DNA of 64,000 nucleotides from an uncultured Verrucomicrobiae bacterium (lineage in GTDB: Bacteria > Verrucomicrobiota > Verrucomicrobiia > Chthoniobacterales > JAFAMB01): positions 851,500-915,499 of the forward strand of contig CAWAIK010000001.1 of the NCBI GenBank assembly GCA_963782115.1. Direction: 5' to 3'. A model generated the notes under the pieces. That model was not told where the DNA came from. It did no database searches and saw only the letters and a program-made list of their open reading frames with translations. The position numbers and the translations under genes were made by a program. Of the stretch, positions 31,012-40,924 are shown piece after piece (within the stretch, counting starts at the first letter, position 1; the number at the start of each line of letters is the position of its first letter).

Positions 31012-31826
31012 GCCGCTGAGTCATCCAGATGTTTCCGGTCAAATCGGTCGATCGTGTCGAGAATAACGTCCGCCATCAATGGTTCCGAACCGATCGCGCT
31101 GGCATAATAAAGTGTCCGGCCGTCCAGATGATATGGATTGCGGCGGAAAACTTCTTGCTGACTAGCAGCGGCAGTCGGTACGGACTCGATGCCGAGTAGA
31201 ACAGGGATATCCTGGTAGCTGTGCAAGCCATCGGCGATGAAAAATGGCACCACCACGATATTCGATTGAAAGGTGTTTTTGCGCCACTCCGCAATGAATG
31301 GCGCTTCCTCCATGTAGGCCTCGGAAACTTCGGCATATAACCCTTTTGCCCTGATGGCCCTGGCTTGGCATTGGGCAGCTTCGGCGGACTTCTCGTTCAG
31401 GCTCGTACCGTGACCGACGATCAAAAGACTTGTGTTCTCAGGCGGAACATTGGGCGCCACTTCTCGCGCCCGGTGAAGCAACAGGTCGACCATACGCGGA
31501 TCGTTTCCCACCGGCTCGCAATATTTAATAATTTTCCCTGATCGATGGGTGACCGGTCCGACAAGTTCAAGTTCTCTCGGAATGACTACCTCGGTGAAGT
31601 AACCTTCGCTAATAAAGTTTGGCACGACGTAAATATCATCGCCCTCGACCATTCGCAGGACCTCTCGAAGGCTTGGTTCCTCTTTCCAGAAGCTGCAATA
31701 GACTTCCGCGAAGAGCCCGCGCCGAACGATCTCGTCCGCATGCTGGAAGGTTGGCGCACTCGAGTCGGGATTCAGAGTGGAGCCATGACCTACCAATACG
31801 AGGGAGCTCTTCCATTTGTTAGGCAT
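31008..31826 (-). CDS. CbiX/SirB-type sirohydrochlorin chelatase family protein
   Basis: LVLVGHGS, FWKEEP, VPNFISEGYF, IVGHGT, VPFFIADGLH; ATG at 31826. Confidence 0.85.
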   Translation of the reverse strand: MPNKWKSSLVLVGHGSTLNPDSSAPTFQHADEIVRRGLFAEVYCSFWKEEPSLREVLRMVEGDDIYVVPNFISEGYFTEVVIPRELELVGPVTHRSGKIIKYCEPVGNDPRMVDLLLHRAREVAPNVPPENTSLLIVGHGTSLNEKSAEAAQCQARAIRAKGLYAEVSEAYMEEAPFIAEWRKNTFQSNIVVVPFFIADGLHSYQDIPVLLGIESVPTAAASQQEVFRRNPYHLDGRTLYYASAIGSEPLMADVILDTIDRFDRKHLDDSAA

Positions 31827-32003
31827 GTTTCTAAATTGGATGCCTCGCCCGAGTTCCTCAAATGGAATTCGCGCCCTGTGTTGCCAATTCGTTAACGCGA
31901 GGTATCTCTCCAAAACCAGTGACGGCGCCGGCGGAAGTCGTTTGACCCGTCGTGTTGCCGTCGGCGATGGATGCGCGTTGAGCTCAATATTTCCGTGGAT
32001 CGG

Positions 32004-32381
32004 TCAGGAGATAAGAACATTGGCATCGCGATCCTGATGGCTAGAGAACGCAGGCGTGTCCGATTTAAAGGTCACCTCTGCGGTCTCTGTGTCGAGTGTG
32101 AACAGCATTTCCCCGGTCTGGCGCTCCATCCTTGGCTCCGTATCAAGACCGTTTCTGCGCTCCTCGGAAAACTCGACATTGAATCTGCCGTTCCATAGTT
32201 TCCCGGTCCGGTTTGTAAGTTCCACCATCCAGATATCTGGAATGCGGCTGGCGGAACGGTACCCGCCGTTTGTGCACAGCTGGTCCAACGGCAGTAGCCT
32301 TTCGTTTTCGATGAATGATGCGGTAAGCCAGTCTTCCAGATCGGCCTCTTCAAGATATTCCAGGATTTCAGGTATGATCAT
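32004..32381 (-). CDS. Hypothetical protein
   Basis: ORF with protein-like composition filling the intergenic gap; start uncertain (32381 or 32432). Confidence 0.5.
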   Translation of the reverse strand: MIIPEILEYLEEADLEDWLTASFIENERLLPLDQLCTNGGYRSASRIPDIWMVELTNRTGKLWNGRFNVEFSEERRNGLDTEPRMERQTGEMLFTLDTETAEVTFKSDTPAFSSHQDRDANVLIS

Positions 32382-32584
32382 TGGTGCAGAGAGTTTTTCC
32401 GGCCGGCACCGGCGCGCCAATTCGGCCAGCACGGCTGCTTAGCCGGGCAGTGTATCTCACTCCAACATAATTGCCATAACCTGACCGGATTATTTTCTAT
32501 GTTTTTTCCAGCGACGATAAGGCATTGAACCGGAGCCTTTGCACGATGCTCCCGCTGTCACAACTGGCTTCGCTATCGACAACG

Positions 32585-33412
32585 TTAAAACAGCCTGGTA
32601 GTCGCCGGGTCCGGCAGTCCCCAGGCTTTGCAGTGAGTGAGGTACTCCGACTGGGGAAGGCAGACGTAGGCAGGATTCCCGCTGGTTCTCAGCCAGCGGA
32701 TTATTTCGACCAAATCTGACTCAGCCATCGTAGTGCATCCAGCCGAAGGGCGTTTTGGTCCGCGCCGAATGTGAAAAAAGATTGCGCTTCCATATCCCGG
32801 CAGAGGCGGATCGGCATTGTGGCGGATTTCGACGAGCCAGCGATACGCAAAGTCACCACGGCGCATTTTTTGTTTTTCGAACCAGCGCGGCGGATTTTTC
32901 GGGTCCACGGTCACGTGTTCGTTGTATTGAGGACTATCAATGTCGTCTATCCAGGCATCGCCTTCTCCGACGGTGTGGAATGGGTAGTTTGCCCCCGCCG
33001 GCAACGATCGATCGTAGGTGTAGATCATCCCAATCCGGAAGACGCCCGCGGGAGCCCGATGATCATGTTCCGTCTTCATCGGACCTTGATCTTGTCCGTT
33101 GATCAGACCTCTTCCCCAAGCCAGCCCGGATTTGCCGAAAAGCACCGGAACCGGTGGACCGGCGGCGCGCCATCCTTCCGGGGTTTTATCGAATCGCTGG
33201 AGTTGCCCTTCCATGCTGTTCCAGCTTGGCGCAATTCCGATGATCAGTTGGGTGATCAAAGGGCTCAGGCGATCTTCCGCACGGGAAGAGATTGGGAGAA
33301 GTAGAAGCAGCACACAGAGTCTGAGGAGAGATTGGGAGTGCTTCCTGCCAGCGTATCGGCGTATCGGCGCGTCGGCGTATCGGCGAACCTGAATATGGGT
33401 GGGACGTTGCAA
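32585..33412 (-). CDS. L,D-transpeptidase-like (YkuD fold) exported protein
   Basis: GKSGLAWG, EHDHRAPAGVF, GSAIFFH..SAGC catalytic His/Cys; start uncertain (TTG 33412 or GTG 33313). Confidence 0.8.
   Translation of the reverse strand: MQRPTHIQVRRYADAPIRRYAGRKHSQSLLRLCVLLLLLPISSRAEDRLSPLITQLIIGIAPSWNSMEGQLQRFDKTPEGWRAAGPPVPVLFGKSGLAWGRGLINGQDQGPMKTEHDHRAPAGVFRIGMIYTYDRSLPAGANYPFHTVGEGDAWIDDIDSPQYNEHVTVDPKNPPRWFEKQKMRRGDFAYRWLVEIRHNADPPLPGYGSAIFFHIRRGPKRPSAGCTTMAESDLVEIIRWLRTSGNPAYVCLPQSEYLTHCKAWGLPDPATTRLF
33351..33385. repeat. GCGTATCG octamer tandem repeat
   Basis: gcgtatcg gcgtatcg gcgcgtcg gcgtatcg gcg. Confidence 0.75.
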
Positions 33413-33462
33413 GCGGCGCTCTTCTCCCTTATTTTGCGGAATTTGAAGGCCATCGATTCCGT

Positions 33463-33873
33463 TCAGGGCAAAAATCTCGTTCTCTCTTCTGCAGTGGGCA
33501 GCCGGCAGGAATCGCGTTTTCCCCAGATCCGGTATCTTGTGGCGGCAATCAATCGATAAACAGCGTCGCCGAGTGGTGCGGGTATTTTTTTCCCGATCCG
33601 CGCCAGCCAACGGTATCTTGGCAGGTTGTCTAGGATGTAAAGAAAAGCCGCGCTTCTTTGAAGCAATATTTCCTTCTCCGGACCACGTTTAAGGACAAAA
33701 ATGGAGTTGGCATTCAGCGTTTCAGGATGGTCACGCGCGATTCGCCGAAACGTTTCGCCTTGCAAGGGTGAATAGAGGAAGGTTCGTTCGCGATCCTCCC
33801 GAAGCACAAAGTCGACCGTTCGATTACACAAACCGCAAACTCCGTCGAAGAAAATTATATTTTGTTCGCCCAT
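33463..33873 (-). CDS. DCC1/YuxK-like thiol-disulfide oxidoreductase
   Basis: FFDGVCGLCN, YRLIAATRYRIWG..C, RFL. Confidence 0.9.
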   Translation of the reverse strand: MGEQNIIFFDGVCGLCNRTVDFVLREDRERTFLYSPLQGETFRRIARDHPETLNANSIFVLKRGPEKEILLQRSAAFLYILDNLPRYRWLARIGKKIPAPLGDAVYRLIAATRYRIWGKRDSCRLPTAEERTRFLP

Positions 33874-33981
33874 CGAGCATTGCGGATCCGATCAGTCTGC
33901 GGGACTAATGAGATCCAGGTACGATTCTGCTGTCATCGGTTAGGGTTTGCAACCTAACGCGCCATCCGTTAAACGAACAAA

Positions 33982-34587
33982 ATGAATTTTCGTGTTACGG
34001 TCTGTGTCGCTGCGATGGTCGCACTCGCAGGCTGTTCCTCTTCGAGTGGCGTCTACCGATGGGTTCCCTTCGTGGGAAGCGGTAAAAACAATCAGTCTCA
34101 GACTGCCAAAACGAAAGTGGACCGGTACAATCCATTCGGTCCGATTGCCGGGCCGGTTTATTACGGACTGGAGATGCGGGTGAAAGTCAATCCGGACGTG
34201 ATTAGACTCTCCGACACCCGGTCTCTGGAGGTGCACCTGCAACTGATCAATCGGTCGAAAAAACCGATAAACCTGTTGTTCAACGACAGCCGGAAATACG
34301 ATTTCATCCTTCGAGATATCAGCGGCAAAAAACTTGCCCAATGGTCGGACGATCAACCGGTCAATCAGACGCCGGGTTACGTCATTATCAATCCGTCCGA
34401 GCGGGCGGAATTTGTCGGAAATGTTTCGACACGCGATATGGTTGCCGGACGGACCTACACTCTCGAGTCAATGGTCGTCGGTTATGACAAGATGCGCCAA
34501 GTCATCCAGTTGACGCCCACAGGAGAACGAGTGGTTCCCCCTCCCCAGCGTCCACCGGCCGCGCAGCATCCTCCTCCCGCGCATTAA
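33982..34587 (+). CDS. Lipoprotein with BsuPI-like (proteinase inhibitor) domain
   Basis: Lipobox LAGC; NRSKKPINLLFNDSRKYDFIL..WSDDQ. Confidence 0.7.
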   Translation: MNFRVTVCVAAMVALAGCSSSSGVYRWVPFVGSGKNNQSQTAKTKVDRYNPFGPIAGPVYYGLEMRVKVNPDVIRLSDTRSLEVHLQLINRSKKPINLLFNDSRKYDFILRDISGKKLAQWSDDQPVNQTPGYVIINPSERAEFVGNVSTRDMVAGRTYTLESMVVGYDKMRQVIQLTPTGERVVPPPQRPPAAQHPPPAH

Positions 34588-34662
34588 GCCCACGGACTGG
34601 AGACAAGAGGTAAACCGCAGATTAGACAGATTCCGCAGACGATTGGCTTGTGAGATTTTCGG

Positions 34663-35418
34663 CTATCTTCGTTGCCAGACTGTCGCTTGCGCGACACTCC
34701 ACTGAAACTTTCGTGCATGTTCACGGATCAGAAATGGAAGATCCTTCGTCAATCTGTGATCGAAAGCGCCGAACAACGTCTCTCTTAGTCCGTCGAGAGT
34801 CAGCGCCGCGTTCCCTCCGGGGCCGTACCGGCCTCCGAGCCAAGCGGATTTCGGCGTAAATTCCTCCAACCAGGTATAGGGAGAAGAAAGAATCAGGTGC
34901 CCGCCGGGTTGGACTAGGCCGGAAAACGAATTCAGCAAATGTCGTGGTGCTTTGACCCGATCAATCAGGTTTGCTGCCAGCACCACGTCAAACTGACCAA
35001 TATTCATTGGCAATTCAGTCGCATCGCCAATCTCGAATCGGCATCGTTCACGGTGCAGATCGAGTGGCAATTCTCTTGTGAATTGAGTAACCAGTTCGCC
35101 CTCTTCCAGTCGCCTGATTTCGGTTCGTCCGGTCTCCCGCACACGGTTTGCCGCAGCGATAAAACGGTGGGACAAATCGATCCCAACGACCTCCAGCGCC
35201 CAACGCGACAGTTCAAATGTGGACCGCCCGACAGCGCAGCCCAAATCCAATGCACGTTCGACGACGCCGATGGCCGGCAGGAAATCGCTCACGCAGCGAA
35301 TAGGGTAAAACAACGCGTCCTGTGGACCAAACTGGTAGGGCAATTGATCCTCCGCCGTTCCATAATGGAACAGGAGATACTGATCCACCAGGAGATCGCT
35401 CTCGTAGACATTGGTCAT
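34663..35418 (-). CDS. Stand-alone OvoA C-terminal-like (putative mercaptohistidine) methyltransferase
   Basis: NVYESD..QYLLFHYG, ALDLGCAVGRSTFEL, ANLIDR, SPYTWLEEFTP..WLGG, FLIREHARKFQ. Confidence 0.8.
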   Translation of the reverse strand: MTNVYESDLLVDQYLLFHYGTAEDQLPYQFGPQDALFYPIRCVSDFLPAIGVVERALDLGCAVGRSTFELSRWALEVVGIDLSHRFIAAANRVRETGRTEIRRLEEGELVTQFTRELPLDLHRERCRFEIGDATELPMNIGQFDVVLAANLIDRVKAPRHLLNSFSGLVQPGGHLILSSPYTWLEEFTPKSAWLGGRYGPGGNAALTLDGLRETLFGAFDHRLTKDLPFLIREHARKFQWSVAQATVWQRR

Positions 35419-35465
35419 AGCCCGCAATGAGCCCGTCGCTTCGGCTTTTGAGTGATCCTCGAGGG

Positions 35466-36647
35466 CTAGAGCAGAAGATCCGCCATGTAAGCCGCCGGCT
35501 GGAAATTCTCGATCAGCACTTCCGTCTTTCCGTTTCGGAGCATGCGCACCTGCGGCACATTGATTTCCGGCGTTTTGTGTGGAGCAAACAAGATATCGTC
35601 GTGGGTCGCATTTTTCGTGTCTTTAAATTTGGACGGCGTGAGATGCCCGCCCAAATGATCGCTGCGTCCGGTCGCCACGTGCAACGTGCCCAGCACTTTC
35701 TCGTCTTGAATATCGCGCCCGGAAACGGGCAGTAGCTGTGTGCCGAAGCCGAGTTCGCCTAGTTCACCCGTCGCCGGATCGGATTGGACCTTGCGTTTAT
35801 GTTCGTCAATGGTTCGCTGGTTGCCTTTCAGAAGAGTCGAATCAACGATGCGACCTTCTTTCACAGTCATCAGGCCGATTGTGCCATCCTCGAACTTGAG
35901 CGGAAACTGGCCTGAACCGCCGGTTGGCACGTAATAAATTTCGCCGGCCGGCAAATTTGCCACGTCCGGACCGCCGCGACAGAGGCCGTGGCTTTTCTGT
36001 GCTTCTTGCCGGCCGAGGTCGAGATGGAGGCTGAACTTTTCCCTGCCATAGGTGAAGTCGATCTCTACCCACTCAGCGCGAGTCATCCCAAGACGCAACT
36101 TTTCCGCGTCCTGGCTCACTTGATCGTAGTCGACGGCGAGACCGCTATTGAGGATGATCTGATTCAGACCGTGCAGGGTGGCGCCTCTGAAACCATACTT
36201 CTTCGCGAAAGCAGTCAATGGCGCTGTTGCCGAGTAGGTTGAGCAACAAAGAATGAGTTTGTAATTCGGGTAGATGTCTTCCTCGAGACTTAGTTCAGTC
36301 CCATCGACCGCCACCGCGAGATCGGGAAGATTCAGATTGCTGCCGCCGGTGATTTTGTAGGCGAACATTTCCCCGCCTGTCAGACCCAATTCACGCCGGA
36401 CGCCGTTCTTTAGCCCAAGGTAAAAGACCTCGTAGGCGTGCCGCTGAATCGTGAAATCCGGATTCTTCAAAAATCCGAAGTTTTTGATTCTGTGCGGATC
36501 TTCCAGGTCGATCAAGATGGCCACTCGTTCTCCCGCACTCGGGTTGAACACAGTTTTCAACAGGCGGGAAAGGCTGAATGGCGGGAAGGTTTCTGGTACC
36601 GTCAGCTTTGTTTGGGCAATCATCGGTGGAATTTCGTTCTCGGGCAA
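35466..36647 (-). CDS. Aminopeptidase T / M29-like metalloprotein
   Basis: NLPAGEIY, LGELGFG, DEKVLGTLHVATG, H.DI. Confidence 0.65.
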   Translation of the reverse strand: MPENEIPPMIAQTKLTVPETFPPFSLSRLLKTVFNPSAGERVAILIDLEDPHRIKNFGFLKNPDFTIQRHAYEVFYLGLKNGVRRELGLTGGEMFAYKITGGSNLNLPDLAVAVDGTELSLEEDIYPNYKLILCCSTYSATAPLTAFAKKYGFRGATLHGLNQIILNSGLAVDYDQVSQDAEKLRLGMTRAEWVEIDFTYGREKFSLHLDLGRQEAQKSHGLCRGGPDVANLPAGEIYYVPTGGSGQFPLKFEDGTIGLMTVKEGRIVDSTLLKGNQRTIDEHKRKVQSDPATGELGELGFGTQLLPVSGRDIQDEKVLGTLHVATGRSDHLGGHLTPSKFKDTKNATHDDILFAPHKTPEINVPQVRMLRNGKTEVLIENFQPAAYMADLLL

Positions 36648-36715
36648 GAGTTAGTCAAAGAAACTATGTGCTATACGTTACCGAGCCGGTTACAGACGCA
36701 GGGCCGTCCAAGGCC

Positions 36716-36912
36716 TGACGATCAAATCATGGCCGCCGAAACTGAACAACGGAGGAGGGTTGTCCGTTAGTGTCCTGTCCCCGAAATAGCAGGTAGTTTG
36801 TTGCGATCAAAATGGGCCGCCGGCAAGGCGGTCCGAGGCGGACTGGCGGTAAAGGGAGCATCCCGCACCAGTTTGACGTTCGTAGGTAGCCCCGATCATA
36901 GCTTGATCGTCA
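36716..36912 (+). ncRNA. Candidate 6S-like structured RNA
   Basis: Termini TGACGATCAA/TTGATCGTCA pair perfectly; inner CCGTTAGT(36764-71)/ACTGGCGG(36842-49) with G-U pairs on the + strand; hairpin 36814-36834; length about 197 nt. Confidence 0.5.
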
Positions 36913-36943
36913 TTCGCGCTTCGAGTTAAGTTACGCATCAGAC

Positions 36944-38038
36944 ATGTCTTCGGTTTTTGGTGTTTTGTTTCGAGTGGCAACGTGGGGCGAATCGCACGGG
37001 GGTGGTGTGGGGGCGGTCGTGGATGGATGTCCGCCGCGTATTCCTCTGACCGCGGAGGATATTCAAGTCGATCTCAACAGGCGCAGGCCCGGCCAGAGTG
37101 AGATTGTTTCGCCGCGCGACGAGGAGGACAAATGCCAGATCCTCTCTGGCGTTTTCGAAGGTCTCACTCTCGGGACGCCGATCTCGGTCATGGTCTGGAA
37201 CAAGGACGCGCGTCCGGAAGCCTATCGCGAAATGGAATCCGCGTTTCGGCCGTCTCACGCCGATTACACCTACCAGGTAAAATACGGGATTCGCAACTGG
37301 CAGGGTGGCGGACGCGCTTCTGCGCGGGAAACGATCGGTAGAGTGGCAGCCGCGGCAATCGCCAAGAGGGTATTAAAGAAATATTTTCCTGAATTCGACG
37401 TCGTCGCCTACGTCAAGTCTGTCCATCGAATTGAAGCTGGCGTGGATCCGGCAAACGTGGAATCGGCGGCTGTCGAAGGATCGATTGTCAGATGCCCTGA
37501 TCCTGAAGCGGCAGCACGAATGATTGATCTCATCAAAACGATGCGGAAAGAGGGAAATTCGGTGGGAGGAGTGATTGAATGTGTTGTGCGCGGTGTTCCT
37601 CCGGGCCTCGGCGAACCGGTTTTTGACAAGTTGGAGGCGGACCTGGCGAAAGCGATGCTGAGTCTGCCTGCCACAAAAGGATTCGAGATCGGTTCAGGCT
37701 TTGCCGGGAGTCAGCTCACCGGCGCGGAACACAACGACATCTTCGAAATTCGAGACGGCAAAGTGCGGACCCGGACAAATTTCTCTGGAGGGATTCAAGG
37801 TGGGATCAGCAATGGCGAGAACATCTTTTTTCGGGTGGCTTTCAAACCCACCGCAACGATTCTTCGGCCTCAGCAGACTGTCACCGTATCCGGCGAGTCG
37901 ACTGAACTCGCCGCGCGCGGACGACACGATCCGTGTGTGTTGCCCAGGGCTGTTCCGATGGTTGAAGCGATGGCGTCTCTTGTTTTGTGTGATCATTTCT
38001 TAAGGCAACGGGCCCAGTCGGTGTCTGGTCAAGCCTGA
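36944..38038 (+). CDS. aroC: Chorismate synthase
   Basis: [40 protein letters not shown]. Confidence 0.97.
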   Translation: MSSVFGVLFRVATWGESHGGGVGAVVDGCPPRIPLTAEDIQVDLNRRRPGQSEIVSPRDEEDKCQILSGVFEGLTLGTPISVMVWNKDARPEAYREMESAFRPSHADYTYQVKYGIRNWQGGGRASARETIGRVAAAAIAKRVLKKYFPEFDVVAYVKSVHRIEAGVDPANVESAAVEGSIVRCPDPEAAARMIDLIKTMRKEGNSVGGVIECVVRGVPPGLGEPVFDKLEADLAKAMLSLPATKGFEIGSGFAGSQLTGAEHNDIFEIRDGKVRTRTNFSGGIQGGISNGENIFFRVAFKPTATILRPQQTVTVSGESTELAARGRHDPCVLPRAVPMVEAMASLVLCDHFLRQRAQSVSGQA

Positions 38039-38282
38039 TGGGTACGAAACCGTCTTTTCAGCAAAGGTGGTCGGCGATTGCTCGCTTTGGATCGCCTTGA
38101 GTTGCTGCACGATCGCAGCCGAAAAGATCCTGATGTGTGAAAAGGTCAAGAACGGCGAGATCGGAGAATGATTACGCCGCCGAATCTATTCGTTTTCGCC
38201 GCCTTTAGCGACACGTTCGCGCGTTGTGTCGCCGTCGGTAACGCGCCGCTTCAATTAGAAGCATCGACATCTACGGCGCCCG

Positions 38283-38693
38283 ATGCTTAGAATTACGCGC
38301 ACTCTCCAAACCAACATGGAAACCGACCAATCGAAGGGCAAATTCGATCGATGGCGGGAAGACCGTTTCGCGATACTCGAAAACGGCTTGGTGATTTCGT
38401 GTCCGGACATAAAAGCTTGGGCGAAATGGATGGAAGAAAGCTTTGCCAATGGCGAGCATTGGATCGCCAAAGATGAAGTTTGCGGATTCTTGATTTCCAC
38501 GGTTTTTCTCGGCATTAATCATCGCTTTTCTGGTCCGCCGATTTGGTTTGAAACCAAGGTTTTCCCCGCGTCATCGGATGGCGAATTTTTGCCGAACCAT
38601 ATCAAGCGGTTGGAATGCACGACCAAGATAGGAGCGGTTGCCGGACACGCCGCCGTTTGCGAAATGGTTCGGACCGGCGAAATCGCAGAATGA
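38283..38693 (+). CDS. Hypothetical protein, phage-like
   Basis: ISTVFLGINH...PIWFETKVF motif, recalled from phage-associated hypothetical proteins. Confidence 0.55.
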   Translation: MLRITRTLQTNMETDQSKGKFDRWREDRFAILENGLVISCPDIKAWAKWMEESFANGEHWIAKDEVCGFLISTVFLGINHRFSGPPIWFETKVFPASSDGEFLPNHIKRLECTTKIGAVAGHAAVCEMVRTGEIAE

Positions 38694-39113
38694 AAGCGGC
38701 TGACCGCCTTCCCGACTTTGTTGAGCCGATGAAAGCGAAGCTTGTCGGTTCCATGCCGGTCGGCGCCTGGATTTACGAAATCAAGTTCGATGGCTACCGC
38801 GCCTTGGTGTTGCGCGGCGGCGGCGAAACGCGAATCCTGTCTCGAAACCGAAAGGACCTGGGCAAGAAATTCACGGAAGTAATAGATTCGATCGCTGCAC
38901 TCAAAGTCCAGGATGTCCTAATCGATGGAGAGATCGTTGCGCTGGACGATAAAGGCAGTTCGTCTTTTTCAGTTGCTGCAAGCGTTCGACATGGGCCAGC
39001 AGCGGCCTCCAATCGTTTTCTACGCATTTGACCTGCTCCAGCTCAACGGTAAGGACCTTCGAAAGTTGCCGGTTGAAGATCGCAAGGCGCAGCTGGAGGC
39101 CCTGCTGAAGAAA
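38690..39113 (+). pseudogene. ligD: Frameshifted, truncated LigD-type ATP-dependent DNA ligase domain
   Basis: EPMKAKL, YEIKFDGYR (motif I), LSRN, IDGEIV; one extra T in the run at 38965-38969, then FQLLQ..YAFDLL..RK; homology ends near 39113. Confidence 0.85.
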
Positions 39114-39146
39114 TCGTGCTCGTCCTCGCTCTCGTTATCGTTATCG
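39114..39146. repeat. TCGNNN hexamer tandem repeat
   Basis: tcgtgc tcgtcc tcgctc tcgtta tcgtta tcg at the ligD breakpoint. Confidence 0.65.
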
Positions 39147-39259
39147 GAGTCTTTTCCAGCGAACATTCGCGCTCCATTGCTAAGGTTTGCTCCTTCCGTG
39201 CTCTCCTCTTGCGGCTCTTTGACGCCGACTGTAGAGATTATGGCTCAGCCGCCTCACGT

Positions 39260-40717
39260 ATGAAGAGTGACTACGTAGCAACGATCGGGCTGGAAGTGCA
39301 TGTCCAGCTGAAAACCAAGAGCAAAATGTTTTGTGGTTGTGCCGTCGAATACGGCTCAGAACCAAATATGCATGTTTGCCCCGTCTGCCTGGGGCTGCCC
39401 GGCGCGTTGCCCGTGATGAACCTGCAGGCGTTGAAGATGACTGCGCTCACGGGCCTGATTTTAAAGTGCGAGTTAGCGCCGATCTGCAAGTTCGACCGCA
39501 AAAATTATTTCTATCCTGACATGCCGAAGAATTATCAGATTTCGCAATATGATGCGCCGCTCTGCCACAGAGGCGAAGTGCCACTCTATGATATGGCCTA
39601 TCCCAAGGACGCGCAGAAGAACATCCGGCATCCGAACAAACGGGTTCGTCTAGTCCGCATCCATTTGGAAGAAGATGTTGCGAAAAGCTTTCACTTCGGA
39701 ACGACGACCGGAATTGATTTCAACCGGGCCGGCACTCCACTCATGGAGATAGTTTCAGAACCAGATATCGAGTCACCTGAAGAAGCGTTCGCGTACCTTG
39801 CCTCGCTCAAACAGGCTTTGATCTATGGCCGTGTCAGCGATGCCGATATGGAGAAAGGGCAGCTGCGTTGCGACTGCAATGTTTCTGTCCGTAAGAAGGA
39901 GGAAACCAGGTTTGGTACCAAGATCGAACTGAAGAATCTTAACTCGATCAGTGGTGTCCGACGAGCCTTGGCCTACGAAATTGATCGCCAAATTGAGGCT
40001 CTGGATCGAGGTCAGACGCTGCAACAAGAGACGCGTCGATGGGACGATGATCTGGGTGAAACCTCTTTGATGCGCACCAAGGAATTTGCGCACGACTATC
40101 GCTATTTTCCTGACCCGGACCTTTTACCGGTGAAAACGGAAGTATTCATGCCGGAAGTCAGAGCTCTCCTTCCAGAGTTGCCTTGGGAGAAACGAGAACG
40201 CTTCGTCCGGGAGTACGGGGTTAGCGAGTACGACGCTGGGGTCCTGGCGGACGATCTTGAGTTATCGGCCTATTTCGAGGCGGCGGCAAAAGGTACGCGC
40301 AAACCCAAAGCGATTGCCAACTACGTTTTGAATGATTTGCTTAGCGCGTTGGGCGCGGCCAATAAGCCGATCGCCGCCTGCCCGATCCCGGCCGAACAGC
40401 TGAACGATCTCGTTGGCCTTGTCGATGATGGGAAAATCAGCAGCAAACAGGGAAAGGAAGTTTTCGCGGAGATGTTCGCCACTGGAAAAGCGCCCGGCAT
40501 TATTGTCGAGGCGAAAGGATTGAAACAGGAGAGCGATATCGGAGCGATTGAATTGCTCTGCATCGAAGTCATCGCTGCCAATCCCAAGTCAGTCGAGGAT
40601 TACAAGGCCGGGAAAGCTGCCGCCATTAATTTCCTGAAAGGGCAGGTCATGAAGCTTTCCAAAGGGAAGGCTAATCCGAATCTGGTCGGCGAGACCCTCA
40701 CGAGACTATTGAGCTGA
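39260..40717 (+). CDS. gatB: Asp/Glu-tRNA amidotransferase subunit B
   Basis: IGLEVHVQL, CPVCLGLPGALP, FDRKNYFYPD, HLEED, DYRYFPDPDL. Confidence 0.97.
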   Translation: MKSDYVATIGLEVHVQLKTKSKMFCGCAVEYGSEPNMHVCPVCLGLPGALPVMNLQALKMTALTGLILKCELAPICKFDRKNYFYPDMPKNYQISQYDAPLCHRGEVPLYDMAYPKDAQKNIRHPNKRVRLVRIHLEEDVAKSFHFGTTTGIDFNRAGTPLMEIVSEPDIESPEEAFAYLASLKQALIYGRVSDADMEKGQLRCDCNVSVRKKEETRFGTKIELKNLNSISGVRRALAYEIDRQIEALDRGQTLQQETRRWDDDLGETSLMRTKEFAHDYRYFPDPDLLPVKTEVFMPEVRALLPELPWEKRERFVREYGVSEYDAGVLADDLELSAYFEAAAKGTRKPKAIANYVLNDLLSALGAANKPIAACPIPAEQLNDLVGLVDDGKISSKQGKEVFAEMFATGKAPGIIVEAKGLKQESDIGAIELLCIEVIAANPKSVEDYKAGKAAAINFLKGQVMKLSKGKANPNLVGETLTRLLS

Positions 40718-40924
40718 AGCCGGTAAAGCGGTTGAAAATCCGCTCCGACGACTAAGTACGGTTAGCTAAACGGATGCGATGAAAGTATTGTGATGCCACG
40801 CGATAGAGTTAGAATCTAAAAGGATGGGCGAAGGACGCCTTTGTGGTTGGCTAGAGGCTAGTGTCCGCGGACTCAAGCTATCTGCTCTGCGATCCGCAGG
40901 AGGCGACAATGATCACTTGGCACA

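Noticed and set aside
31827..32003. Cobalamin riboswitch upstream of the cbiX-like gene
   Set aside because: Only a simple GACGGC/GCCGTC hairpin; no B12-box recognised.
32460..32476. Sigma54-like TGGCAATTATGTTGG on the - strand
   Set aside because: Lacks the conserved GC at -12; too weak to call.
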